From assembly GCF_006345805.1 (NCBI RefSeq), contig NC_043017.1:20026001-20090000 (forward strand): 64,000 nt of DNA, written 5' to 3'. Positions 38,990-52,197 of the stretch are shown piece after piece. This DNA is from Octopus sinensis. Taxonomy: Eukaryota. The notes below the pieces were generated by a model. The model worked only from the letters and a program-made list of their open reading frames with translations. It was not told where the DNA came from and made no database searches. Position 1 is the stretch's first letter. Every line of letters starts with the position of its first letter. The translations under genes and the position numbers were made by a program.

Positions 38990-39357
38990 CACTTTTAACA
39001 CGTAATACTGAAATAGTGGAGAAGATATGATATTGCTATGGGCTCGCTCTAGGCAAGAAGTTGAACAATCTTTTGGTCCATGAAACTACATGGACCCTAA
39101 GTAAGGCATGTGTAAAATTTGAATGAAATTGGTTGCGTAGTTCTCAAGTTTTAGGGCATCGTAGTGGAGAAGATATGATATAGCTGTGGGCTCGCCCTAG
39201 GCAAAAAGTTAAACAGTTTTTTTGCCGATGACACTTCCCAGACCCTAAGTAAGGCATGTGTAAGATTTGAATGAAATTGGCTGTATAGTTCTCAAGTTTT
39301 AGGGAAACACACAGACAGACAGACAGACACACATTCTCAGTTTTATATATATAAAGA
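38990..39357 (-). mobile_element. Non-autonomous Helitron-like element with two 148-bp internal tandem units
   Basis: 5' A|TC TTTATATATATAAAACTGAGAATGTGTG followed by (TCTG)n. Units start at 39014 and 39162. No 3' CTAG found. A second 5' stub lies at 54425-54477 (+). Confidence 0.6.
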
Positions 39358-40270
39358 TAATATATATATTATATATATTAAGTAATATATATTACATAAC
39401 TGAAGCATATAGAATACATAGGTATAAATATATTATTATTTCTTATTCTATGCCATAAGAATTTCATATTAAGGTAGCAATTGAACTCAGGATCCATATT
39501 CTATTAACATAACATGAAAACTAACTTTATATTTCTTCATCCTAACACCTATCCTTTTGTCACATACGTGGAAAAGTTTATATATATATATATACATGCA
39601 CATAGACACATACACATATATTTATATATTTACTAAATTTTCTTTCCGTTAAAAGAAATTCTTATATATTGTTTGAATTTGCTACAATATTCCGTATCCA
39701 TGTCCACAAAGAACAAACAGGCTAATATTTGTTTGATCTACCATTTCCAAGAAAGAGAAAATAAAAAACAAACAAACAAACAAACAACAACCAAAAACTT
39801 CAAAAAGAAGGAAAAAAACAACAAGAGACTCAAACGTTTGATCAGAATATTTCACATTGACAACAAGAAGAACAACAACAAAACAATAAAAAAAATATGT
39901 AAAATGCAATCAACATCATCAAAAAAACTGTTATGTCTTGAGTTTGTTTGTAAGAGTATGAATATGGATATCAAAGGTAATTCTAACGATGACCTTCAAT
40001 TCTTCAGAGTGAAATACATAGAATAATAATAGGCATAAACCTAACCTTAATATGGAAAAAAAATTCCACAGGAGTCTGTTTTTATTTGTTATTTTTTTTT
40101 TACTTATATTTCATTTCTTTAGTTTGTTTTTATTTTATTTCCATATTTTCTAATTAGAAAATACGTTATTTTTTTTCTCTCTGTTGCCAATGCTCTTAAT
40201 GTGCTTGCATTAAACAATAATTAATAATTGAACTGTAGTATTAATAATATATATATAAATTGTAATATAA

Positions 40271-40302
<32 letters not shown>

Positions 40303-40309
40303 TGTAACA

Positions 40310-40710
40310 GGTGCAATCATTGCTGCACGGTAAGAAGTTTGCTTCCCAACCACATGGTTCCAGGTTCAGTCCTACTCTGTGGCACCTTGGGCAAGTATCT
40401 TCTACTATAGCCTGAGGCTGACTAAATCCTTGAGTAAATGTGGTAGACAGAAACAGAAAGGAGCCCCTTGTATATATGTATATACCTAAATGCGTGTGTC
40501 TTTGCATTTGGGTTTGTTCCTGCACTGCTGCTTGACAACCAGAGTTGCTTTGCTTACATCCCTGTAACCTAGCAGTTTGGCAAATGTAACTGATAAAATA
40601 AGTATGTGGCTTGCAATAATATAAATTATGATTGATTCATTTGACTAAAATCTTTCAAGTTGGTGCCCCAGCTAGGCCACAGTCCTGTAACTGAAACCAG
40701 TAAAAGTTAA
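40310..40710 (+). mobile_element. SINE family A, diverged copy
   Basis: All modules recognisable. Confidence 0.8.
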
Positions 40711-41326
40711 TGATAATAGTATATATAAATTTATAATTAAGGGTAGAAGATAGTGTTGCTAGAAATAAGAGTCAAAAAATACTCAAATAAGCCACAATAT
40801 CACTGGAAATTTAACAAGTCACTTGCTAGCCACTTATTATTATTTATTAATAAGTACATCTATATATATATCTATATATATATATATATGTATATGTGTG
40901 TGTGTATGTATATATATATATGGAACAAAAGTGTAATAGAGGACATTAAAACATTCGGACAGATAGACGATACAAAGGCGGACAAGAGAAACAACAATTA
41001 GAAGGACAGGCAAAAAAAGATGAGTCATTCATGGCTTTCTTTCCTTAGTCAAGTCCCAGAAGTCACGACGATTTTGGGCAATATATATATATATATATAT
41101 ATATTATGTATGTATATGTGGGTGAATGTGTAACCCTGCTACACAAACATGTATGTATATATAAACATACACCACCTACAGAAATGCCCATATACAAGCA
41201 CAGACAGCCATAAATATATACACAGAAATATACATATGTATATGTAGAGTCATATTTATATACACACGCGTATATAAATGTATATATATGACTAAAACAA
41301 GAAAAAAGTAAAACATAAAATATGTG

Positions 41327-41735
41327 TATGAGTGGCTGTGTGGTAAGTAGCTTGCTTACCAACCACATGGTTCTGGATTCAGTCCCACTGCATGGCACCT
41401 TGGGCAAGTGTCTTCTACTATAGCCTCGGGCTGACCAAAGCCTTGTGAGTGGATTTGGTAGACGGAAACTGGAAGAAGCCTGTTGTATATGTATATATAT
41501 ATATATATGTATGTGTGTGTATATGTTTGTGTGTTTGTTTGTCCTCCCAGCATCGCTTGACAATCGATGCTGGTGTGCTTACGTCCCTGTAACTTAGCGG
41601 TTCAGCAAAAGAGACCAATAGATTAAGTACTGGGCTTACAAGGAATAAGTCCTGGGGTCGATTTGCTCAACTAAAAGGTGGTGCTCCAGCATGGTCACAG
41701 TCAAATGACTGAAACAAGTAAAAGAATAAAAGAAA
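41327..41735 (+). mobile_element. SINE family A
   Basis: Near-consensus copy. Confidence 0.9.
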
Positions 41736-41800
41736 AAGAAAAGCATATGTGTGTGCGGGCGTATATTATATAAACATGTGCATGTGTTTATATATGCACA

Positions 41801-41836
<36 letters not shown>

Positions 41837-41919
41837 GGTCCCGGGTTGATTCGGGGTTAACCACAGTAAATAAGGTACTCAATACATAGCAGAGTAAAAT
41901 TAATTTATTATATAGAAGG

Positions 41920-41970
41920 AGCTTCTACAGGACTAGAACTGTTTCATTCAAGAGAAATCTTCAGGAAGCT
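41920..41970 (-). ncRNA. Type I hammerhead ribozyme motif
   Basis: AGCUUC-CUGAAGA-U UUC ucuu GAA U-GAA ACAG uucuaguc CUGU A-GAAGCU: 6-bp stem I, CUGANGA core, short stem II (U.U at its base), GAAA, 4-bp stem III, GUA cleavage triplet. Confidence 0.7.
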
Positions 41971-42014
41971 TCCTGAAGATTTCTTGAATGAAACAGTTCT
42001 AGTCTGTAGAAGCT
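41967..42014 (+). ncRNA. Mirror-image type I hammerhead motif on the other palindrome arm
   Basis: Same motif on the plus strand, with 2 nt missing from loop II and 1 nt from loop III. Confidence 0.55.
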
Positions 42015-42234
42015 CCTTCTATATAATAAATATATATATATATATATTGGTTGCTCCCCTATACTACCCGCCTCAACTGGACCCCCCCTCCCCAACTCAA
42101 CTCTAGAATATCTGTATTTCTTTCCTCTACCTAATTACGTTACTCAGTGACGATAACGAATGTCCACTGCTAACACCACCCTGGATCCCCAAAGTACCCC
42201 GATCCCCAAAGTACCCCGGACCTCGTTGCCCCCG

Positions 42235-42489
42235 TGCCGCTGACACGTTAAAATGCTCGAACCGATCGTGACGATGCCGGACCCTCCGGCCCCTGTGCAG
42301 GTGGCACGTAAAAAGCACCCAATCCACTCACGGAGTGGTTGGCGTTAGGAAGGGCATCCAGCCGTAGAAACTCTGCCAGATTTCAGACTGGAGCCTGAAG
42401 CGGCCCCTGGTTCCCAGACCCGGTCGAACCGTCCAACCCGTGCTAGCGCGGAAAGCGGACGTTAAACGATGATGATGATGATGATGATG
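42235..42489 (+). mobile_element. Family E RTE-like 3' end
   Basis: Same sequence, with a (GAT)n tail. Confidence 0.85.
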
Positions 42490-43045
42490 ATATATATATA
42501 TATATATATATAATGAATGATCTTTTTCCCCTTATTTTTATTGTTGTTAAAGACTTTTATAAATCCCCACCTTCCAAAACAAAAACTACATGAAAAATAA
42601 AACATTAAAAATCCCAGCAAACAGCCAAAATAAAACAACCGAGACAAACAGACATTAGTATTAAGACTTTAAGCAGTGGTAGACATAGACAAGTCTAATG
42701 GATAACCAAAGTGACTTTTTCAATAAAAATTTATTTCCGATTGTTCAAAGAAAATGGTTCTTAATTGTCAATGTTGATCTCTAAATTTCTTGTGTTTTTG
42801 TTTCTTTTTTTGTTTCTTTTGTTATTTTGTTTGTTCTTGGTATTCGTTTACTCTTTTACTGGTTTTCAGTCATGAGACAGTGGTCATGCTGGAGCACTGA
42901 CTTATGGTTTTGGTTTACTAAGTCAGGCACCTGTTCAGTTCATGGCTTTTGCTGGGCCGCTAAGTCACAGGGATGTAAACAAACCAGCATTGGCTGTTTA
43001 ACAGCAGTGGGTAAAATATAAACACCCACAAACATATGTATACAT

Positions 43046-43244
43046 ATGGTTTTATATTTACAGATATTTATTTGTATATTACATGTTTTTATACATCATA
43101 TATCATATATTAGCACTTTTGTCCATTCTAGTGGAGTTTTCAAATTGAACTAATTGAAAACTCCACTAGAATGGACGAAAGCGCTGATATATGATGTATA
43201 AAAACATGTAATATACAAATAAATATCTGTAAATATAAAACCAT
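43046..43244. repeat. Fold-back inverted repeat, about 91-98-bp arms, 10-nt loop
   Basis: 43046-43143 versus 43154-43244: one 7-nt indel and a few mismatches. Confidence 0.95.
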
Positions 43245-43304
43245 CCGAATTTCTGAGTACCTCATTTCTTCTAATATAATATACCTGTACATCATCTCCA
43301 AACC

Positions 43305-43340
<36 letters not shown>

Positions 43341-43378
43341 ATGATAACACACACACACACACACACATGTATTATCAT

Positions 43379-43758
43379 GGCACTCCATCGGTTACAATGA
43401 CAAGGGTTCCAGTTGATCTGATGAACAGAACAGCCTGCTTATGAAATTAACATGCAAGTGGCTGAGCACTCCACAGACACATGTACCCCTAATGCAGTTC
43501 TTGGGGGAGATTCAGCATGACACAGAGTGTGACAAGGCTGGCACTTTGAAATACAGGTATAACAGAAACAGGAAGAAAGAGTGACAGAAAGTTGTGGTGA
43601 AAGTGAACAGCAGGGTTTGCCACCAATTCCTGTCAGAGCCTTGTGGTGCTTTTAGGTGTTTTCGCTTAATAAACATTCACAATGCCCGGTCTGGGAATCA
43701 AAACCATTATCCTATTATACTGAGTCTGCTGCCCTAACCACTGGGTCATTGCGCCACC
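43379..43758 (-). mobile_element. SINE family C, tail type 1
   Basis: Reverse-complement match to 15430-15777. Confidence 0.85.
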
Positions 43759-44176
43759 ACATACATATACATTTGTAGTGTAACATATGGATTCATAGGA
43801 TCATGGGGCTACTATGGAAAGATCCTCTGGTGGACCCAGCTAAATTTAAAGCATTAATGCAACTATGATGTTCTTGTGATCTGATGAGCTAGCTTCCTTT
43901 ATCTGCATTGATCTGCAAATATACAATTGTATTGTATATTGCTGAGCATGCATACTAGTTCAGGCATATCAAAGATGATTTATTATACACCAAATCTATT
44001 ACTACATAAAGAAGGCTGTGAAACAGCTGTAATCCTAAGGATGACAAGTGATTAAGTAAATTCACTGATATCTCATACCACCTGACTTTTTATGGTCTCT
44101 CTCTCTCTCTCTCTCACTAAATATATATATACACACACATATATACATACACACACATACATACATACATACATTC

Positions 44177-44209
<33 letters not shown>

Positions 44210-44555
44210 AATGCATACATGCATGTCTGCATACATATAGCTAGTTTTCTAGCTTTTTCTGCACTTTCTGCTTTCACCTCCTCCTACTCTTTATCCTTCT
44301 CCTCCTACTTCCTTACTTCAGTGTTCACTTTAAAAATCCCCTCATTCAGGTTTTATGAATAGCACGTTCCCCCCACCACCACCACACTTTTACTTTCTTT
44401 TTCCTTTTTCTTTATCATTATTTTTCTTTTTATTCGTCTTTTACCGTTTTACGATCTGTACAATAAATAGTACTTTGGAAGAGTTACAGCTTCCAAATGA
44501 ATATAATGTAAGGCAACTTTATCATTATTATTACTACTTATTATTATTATTTTTA

Positions 44556-44601
<46 letters not shown>

Positions 44602-45182
44602 GGGGAATAGAAAAGGTAAAAAGTGAAATAAAATTGATAACCACAGTCCTAGTTTTATTTTTCACTTGTAGCACAAAATGCATCGATTTGAATATTTTAT
44701 GTGCATATATGCATAGCCATATGTATGTGTGTGTGTGTATGTGTGCATGTGTGTGTGTGTGTGTGTGTGTGGTTTGGATAGGAGGGTGCTTGAGGAAGCA
44801 GGGTGTACAGCAGTAAGATTAAAGTTCAGAAATGACAAATAAAGAAACGTAAAAAAAAAGGAGAAAATAAAGTAAAATGAGCAAAAAAAAAAAATATAAT
44901 AATAATTACTGAAAATATCGTAAACAGTAACGATGCCAAAGAATGTAGTAAAAACTTCCCCACTCTCTTCATTCAGAACGAAAAAAAAAGAGGATTTAAA
45001 TAAGAAGAACACTTAGAAAGGTCGAGTTTATAAATAGACTTTTCATTGTGTATATATGGTCGTGAGTATATGTAATGTATACACATGCAAATACACACAC
45101 ACACACACATTTATACATACATACATATATATATATAAATTCTGGTATCATGCATCACTGCTATGCATAACAAAAAAATTGC

Positions 45183-45213
<31 letters not shown>

Positions 45214-45642
45214 ATATGTATGTATGTATGTATATATGTCCCTTCGTGTATTTCACGTTATTTATTTATGTAAAGGTTTATTATATATATATATATATAC
45301 ATATATACATATACATACATACATATATATACATTATTTTTCTTTATTACGAAATATATAGAACTGCTAAAAGGAATGAGTATGATTGCCTAATTTGACA
45401 TTATATATTAATTTGTGTGTGTGTGTGTATATATATACATATAGATAGATAAATAGATAGATAGATCTATATTTCTTTGTGTGTGTGTGGGCGTCTGAGT
45501 GCTCTGTTCACCTATGAAACTTTAAGTCAGGTGAAGCTGAATCAAACTGTTATTAAAAATTATATGTGACTCCTATCCTCTAAGTTTCAATGCTACTTTT
45601 GTTCACTCACTCATATATATATATAATATATATACATATACA

Positions 45643-45696
<54 letters not shown>

Positions 45697-45900
45697 TATA
45701 TATATATATATGTGTGTGTGTGATATGATGAAAGGATATATAAAATATCCTGGAAACAGCTGTAAGACCTTTTTATAAATGTTTTGAAAACCATTTGCAG
45801 CCTTGGATTTTTTATCTCATTCTGTTAATTATATATATATATATATATTATATATATATATATATATATAGGTATGTATGTATGTATGTATAATAATAAT

Positions 45901-45958
<58 letters not shown>

Positions 45959-46296
45959 AGATAGATAGATAGATAGATAGAAATAAGCATATATACATAC
46001 GCATATGAACATACATCTATAAGTATATATATATGCATCTGTGGGCACAGGGCGTCATGAAATATGTACAACAAAAAATTAGAAGTATGAGTACATGGAA
46101 TATGAACTATTTTTTCGAACACAACTGGAAAACAAGACAAACAACATAAAGAAACGCCCTTCATCAGTTGTTGGCTGTTTTTCTACTCTTGTATTTCGAG
46201 CAATTAACAACATATATATATATATAATATATAATATTATATATATATTATATGATTGAACACCATGCATCCTCTTCCAAGTAACTTTTATCTACA

Positions 46297-46341
<45 letters not shown>

Positions 46342-46351
46342 ATATATATAT

Positions 46352-46411
<60 letters not shown>

Positions 46412-46797
46412 TCATATATATATACCAATTAAATGGTACCTAGCTAAAGGTCGAGCATGGTTTGGGATCATCACAATTGATAAGATTATTGCAAAAATCT
46501 TCAGAATGTTGGATGTCAGGCAAAACTGAATGTAGAATGTTACGCTGCAAGGAACTCTCCTAATGAAACACTGCAGTGGGACTATATCACCCATTCAGCT
46601 GTCGTTTTATATGTGTTATTAGTATTATCATGTGTGTGTCTGTGTGTGTATGTGTGGGGGGATCTTTGCTTCCCTTCCAGATCTATTTGACTAAACCCAT
46701 CAAGGCATGGCTGCACTCCAATGACTGCCAGAAGTTAAAGATGAAGAAGAATGATAAATGTGTATTGTGTAAATTATATGTGAGTATACATACATAC

Positions 46798-46843
<46 letters not shown>

Positions 46844-47013
46844 TATATAAAATTATATATATATATATGTGCATATATATATATATATATACATTCATGC
46901 ACACACAGATTCACACACACATATTTAGAGACAGATGTATTCACATACCCTTACACAAACTGAAATCCTTTTTTTACATTTGGCTTCCATTCATAATAGC
47001 CATTCAAAATGTT

Positions 47014-47055
<42 letters not shown>

Positions 47056-47339
47056 AACTACAACAACAACCGCTGCATTTCTTTTTATTCTAACTCCCTC
47101 TCTCTTGGCTTCTACTCCCTTTCTCTGTTTCTCTTGACATTTGTACAAAAACTAGGAATCTCTTCTGCCCAACCCTTCTCTCTTCTTTTTTTTTAAACTT
47201 TTTCTATTATTCCACAATTGTGTGGCATCGTGGTTCCCTCTGATATCTGTGCTCTTACTCTACTTTGCTGTTAAGTACATACATACGCACATACATACAT
47301 ACATACTTTATGTCATATATATTATATATATATATATAC

Positions 47340-47389
<50 letters not shown>

Positions 47390-47954
47390 TACACACACAT
47401 ATATACATATATAAAACATATATACATATATATATAGATAGATAGAAAGTTAGATAGAAATTATATATACATATAAACATACATACGTATTAATAATATA
47501 TATATATATATTATACATATATATATGTATAAGTATATATATATATATATACACACACACATACATATATATATGTATAAGTATATATATATATGTAGGA
47601 ACACACATATATACGTATATATATATATATATCTTTAGATACGTATATATATATATATATCTTTAGATATGTATAATATATATATATATATATATCTTAC
47701 ATATGTGCACACACACATACATACACACATGTGTATGTATGTATGTATGTATGTGTAAACATTTTCTTTTTCTTTCTTTTCTTTCATCCTTCCTGTTCTT
47801 ATCTTTCCTACTTTCTTTTCTTATTGTTTCTCATGGAATCCGTGTGGAACGAAGAATCTGCCCTGGGGTACCTCTTTCGGTAGGTACCACAGTTACCTCT
47901 AACATTAACTTCTCTCTAGATGCTTAATTATATTCTCTTCATTGATATATTATT

Positions 47955-47990
<36 letters not shown>

Positions 47991-48869
47991 ACATATATTT
48001 ACACGCACACATTCACATATTTAGATACACATACATATGTACATACATTCACACATGCACACACATACACAACATGGTAACCTTCAAACCTTCACATTTC
48101 TATTCCTAACTATATATATATCTACACACACTTATACATACATACATACATACATACATACATGCATGCAAACATACAAATATATATATACATACACACG
48201 CACACACACACACCACAACACACACACATATATATATATGTACACATATACATATATATACATATGCAAATATATGTATGTATGTATATAAATATATTTT
48301 TTTTATACACACATATATATCTACAAACACACACATATGAATATACACATATTGACATTATACACACATGAATTATATGAATATGTATATATATATAATA
48401 TATATATATGTGCATAAATATATATATATATGCACATTCATATATATATAGGCATGAGAAAGTACATGGCTCAGTGGTTAAGGGTATTGGGCTTGCGATT
48501 GTAGGGTCACTAGTTCAATTCCCAGCCGCACATTGTGTCCTTGAGCAAGATCCTTCATTTCATGTTGCTCCAGTCCACTCACACAGAAAGCAATGCACAT
48601 CCACGAAGGCGCTTACATATGGTCATTTCATATGCAAGAAACATATACCAAATCTACCTCAAAGTACACCATTATTCTCTCTCAAGAAAAAAGAAGAAAA
48701 GGAAAGAAATGACAAACACCTCATTGGAGAACATAGACCTCCTCCCAGCCTCGGGAATCAATGGAATGGTCATATGAGGAATGACCTTAATCATTGGTCT
48801 GCTCTATCAAGTTTGACCAGGGGTTAAACAAGAGGAGCAACACAAGAAGCAACAATAACAACAACAACA

Positions 48870-49097
48870 ATACCTATTTCTTTACTACCCACAAGGGGCT
48901 AAACACAGAGGGGACGAACAAGGACAGACAAACGGTTTAAGTCGATTATATCGACCCCAGTGCGTAACTGATACTTTATTTATCGACCCCGAGAGGATGA
49001 AAGGCAAAGTCGACCTTGGCAGAATTTGAACTCAGAACGTAACGGCAGATGAAATACTGCTAAGCATTTTGCCCGGTGTGCTAACGTTTCTGCCAGT
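48870..49097 (-). mobile_element. SINE family B
   Basis: Reverse copy whose tail ends aaagaaataggtatt. Confidence 0.9.
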
Positions 49098-50061
49098 AGA
49101 GACACATACACACACACACTCATATAAACAATTACCTCTGGATTATGTGCCAAATCCAAGCATAAATCCATTTAGCTGATGGATTAAGATTTGCGCATCA
49201 CCATGCTATGCCCCACCCCAACATCAAAGACACAGTTTTTTTTTTCTCTGTTTTGCTGCTAGTTCTGCATCAACCATTATTTCTGAAGAAACTAGCTGTA
49301 TATCCTCATGGGAGTCACACATAAGCTTTGTGGTTTAGAAGTTCTTTTGTGAGACCCTGTGGTTTTGGGGTTTGCTCCCACTACGTCGTCTCCCATAGCC
49401 GAGGGGGTTTATCGGATTAATATTTTGTACATAGATTTCAGTAGATGGTAAAGGGGTAGAAACTCGTTTGGGGTGGTAGGATGTGTGTGTGTGTGTGTGT
49501 GAGTGTGTTCTTTTTCTCTCTTTTTAATTTAGAATAACTTTTGTCTGGCCACATGCTTGGCAGCAAGGTTGTGCAAGAAAGTATCTTCATTTAGCTGTTA
49601 TCCTTTAAATCTTGAGAAGGTCTCCCAGATTTTTATTGCCCCAGATATCATGATCATTTGTAGTGTACATGTGTGTGTATGTGTGTGTGTGTGTATGTTG
49701 TCTTTCCCATTTTAATTTAGAATAAATTTTGATTGGCCTCCCACTTAGCAGTAAGGTTCTGAAATAAGACACCTTGTTTCATTCACCATCCTTTATATCT
49801 TAAGAAGATCTTTCAGATTTTTATTGCCCCAGATAACATGATCATTTGTAGTGTATATATATGTATGCATATGTATGTGCAAGACAGATTTTCTGCAGCA
49901 TGATGCCCCTCCAGTTGCTGACTAGTCCTCACCTATTTCCAAATAAGATAACATCCCTTCTATGGCTAGACATGCTTTCAGTGGATACTGCAAATGAATG
50001 ACACTGCTTGCATAACAGTGAAACTCATTTACAACTAACACACAATGTCAAGACAAGGAGT

Positions 50062-50490
50062 CACGCAAACATCTTGGTCTCAAGAATTTGTCTTATGAAG
50101 AAAGGCTGAAGACGCTCGACCTTTATTCTCTAGAAAAACGCCGCTGCCGTGGAGATCTCATTCTTGCTCACAACATCATAAGCGGAAAGTGTAACCCTTT
50201 GAAAGAGCTGTTCTTCACTCCTGCTCCAGAGCGTTGGCTGCGGGGTCACTCCGAAAAGCTCTATCTGCGACGATTTCATCTCAATCGAAGGAGAGGGGCT
50301 TTCTCCGTCCGGGTTGCGGATCCATGGAATAAGCTGCCAGACGAGATAGTGAAGATGCCGACAACTGCTCGGTTCAAAGTCTCCCTTGACCAGAAATGGC
50401 CTGAACTCTTTACATGAACACCACCCTGTCCCCCTACATGGCCTTGCTTTTGCTTTTTGAGCCAAAAAATTAACTAACTAACTAACTAAC
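50062..50490 (+). mobile_element. 5'-truncated CR1/L2-group LINE: ORF2 C-terminus, 3'UTR and (TAAC)n tail
   Basis: ORF 50088-50417 (SYEERLKTLDLYSLEKRRCRGDLI...RGHSEKL...FSVRVADPWNKLP...FKVSLD) matches the characteristic CR1 ORF2 tail. It is followed by a short UTR and taactaactaac. Confidence 0.9.
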
Positions 50491-51205
50491 ATACACAAAC
50501 TCACACACACATTTGTACAATCACTCAAAATGATGTATCCCTAGGTACACCGTTCCCTTTACACTTTATATCTGAAAGTAAGACTAGATCATCCCGACCT
50601 GATTACTTTTGATCACAGGACTCCTAAATCACTTCTTACCTGGGGCTAAACAACAATTGCTTATCACTAATCACTAAAATCTACTTAAATCTATTGACAC
50701 AAATAGCTTAAAAGCACTTGTAGCAAATCTCTAATTATCTCAGATTAATTATGGTTAATGAGATGATAATTTTGGGGTCTGTTAACCTCATCATTAGCGA
50801 TGAAATATTTTTTGGTTTTGGTCTTTGAGAGATATTTACATCAACATTTCGCCGGAATTGGTTTGATCTCTTATCGTTGATAACTGATCACCAATAAAGT
50901 TTTGTTAATAAGGTTTTTAGCTATTCAGACTCACACACACTTACACACACATACATGCTCTTACTCATACATGGTCACATGCATATCTTCACTCGTGCAT
51001 GTTCTCACATACACACAAACACTTATGTACACTCACACACATGCATATACAAATATACACGCAGGCATACACATTCACATGTAATATACACTTCACACTT
51101 ACATTTCCACACACACATACATGCTCACACAAACACACACATCGATATACACTTACATACATTTTCAGACACAGACACTCATGCTCACATACATGCATGT
51201 GTGTG

Positions 51206-51239
<34 letters not shown>

Positions 51240-52140
51240 GAGGCTCATATGCATACACATTCACACACATACATGCCTACACAAATATGCACTTACATAT
51301 ATTTGCAGAGATACACACTTATGCTCACATGCACGCACACACACACACACACACACGCACATACACACAAACACGCACATACACACACACATGGTTACAT
51401 GCACACACACACACAGACACTCACACAAACAAGCACATATACACACACATGGTCACATGCACACACACACACACAGACACTCACACATATACACATTCTC
51501 TCTCTAAAAGCAGACCCCATTAAAAAGGTGTGTGAGTAATGCAAAAAGGAAACGAAGATGGCAGCACTTAACAAACAAGCCTGAAGAACGTACCAGGGGG
51601 TGGAGATGAGACAAGGGGGTAGGGGAATAGAAGAAAAAGATAAAAGAAAAGAAGAGGAAGAGGTGGGGGGTAACCAGGTGTAGAAAAAATGGTTTTAATA
51701 GGTGGGCAACGGCCTGAGTGATGAAGCAAAAAGAGATGCTGGAAGGACAGGTATGAGTAATAAAAAAGACCTACAAATATTTAATCACAGACAGGTGTGG
51801 AATAAGAATGATGTGATGAATTAAAGGATTGGTGTAGGTAGATCGTTGAAGTACCTCATGAAACATTCTAAATAGACCCAAGGGAATAAGAATGTAGGAA
51901 AAGTGAGGATAGAATAAATTGTGGGAGATGGGAAGATAAGAAAAATTTGTAGAGGTACATGTGTAGCTGAGTGGTTAGGAGGCTTGCTTCCTAACCATGT
52001 GATTTGGGGTTCAGTACCATTACGCAGCACCTTTGACAGGTGCCTTTTACTAAAGTGCCAGGCCAAACATTGCCATGTCAGTGGATTTGGAAGACTGAAA
52101 CTGAAAGAAGCCCATTGTATATAATATGTGTATATACATG

Positions 52141-52197
<57 letters not shown>

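Larger units (their letters stand above)
41904..42030. repeat. Spacerless palindrome (65/62-bp arms) centred on aagctt
   Basis: Arms are reverse complements apart from two small indels (3 nt total). Confidence 0.95.

Noticed and set aside
46140-46205. CUGAUGA and GAAA boxes in type II order (also a weak motif at about 56455-56480)
   Set aside because: Stem I cannot be formed, so it was not called a ribozyme and is kept only as a possible related fragment.
46576-47196. 206-aa ORF
   Set aside because: It runs through (TA)n, (CA)n and (TAC)n tracts and has no coherent protein signal.
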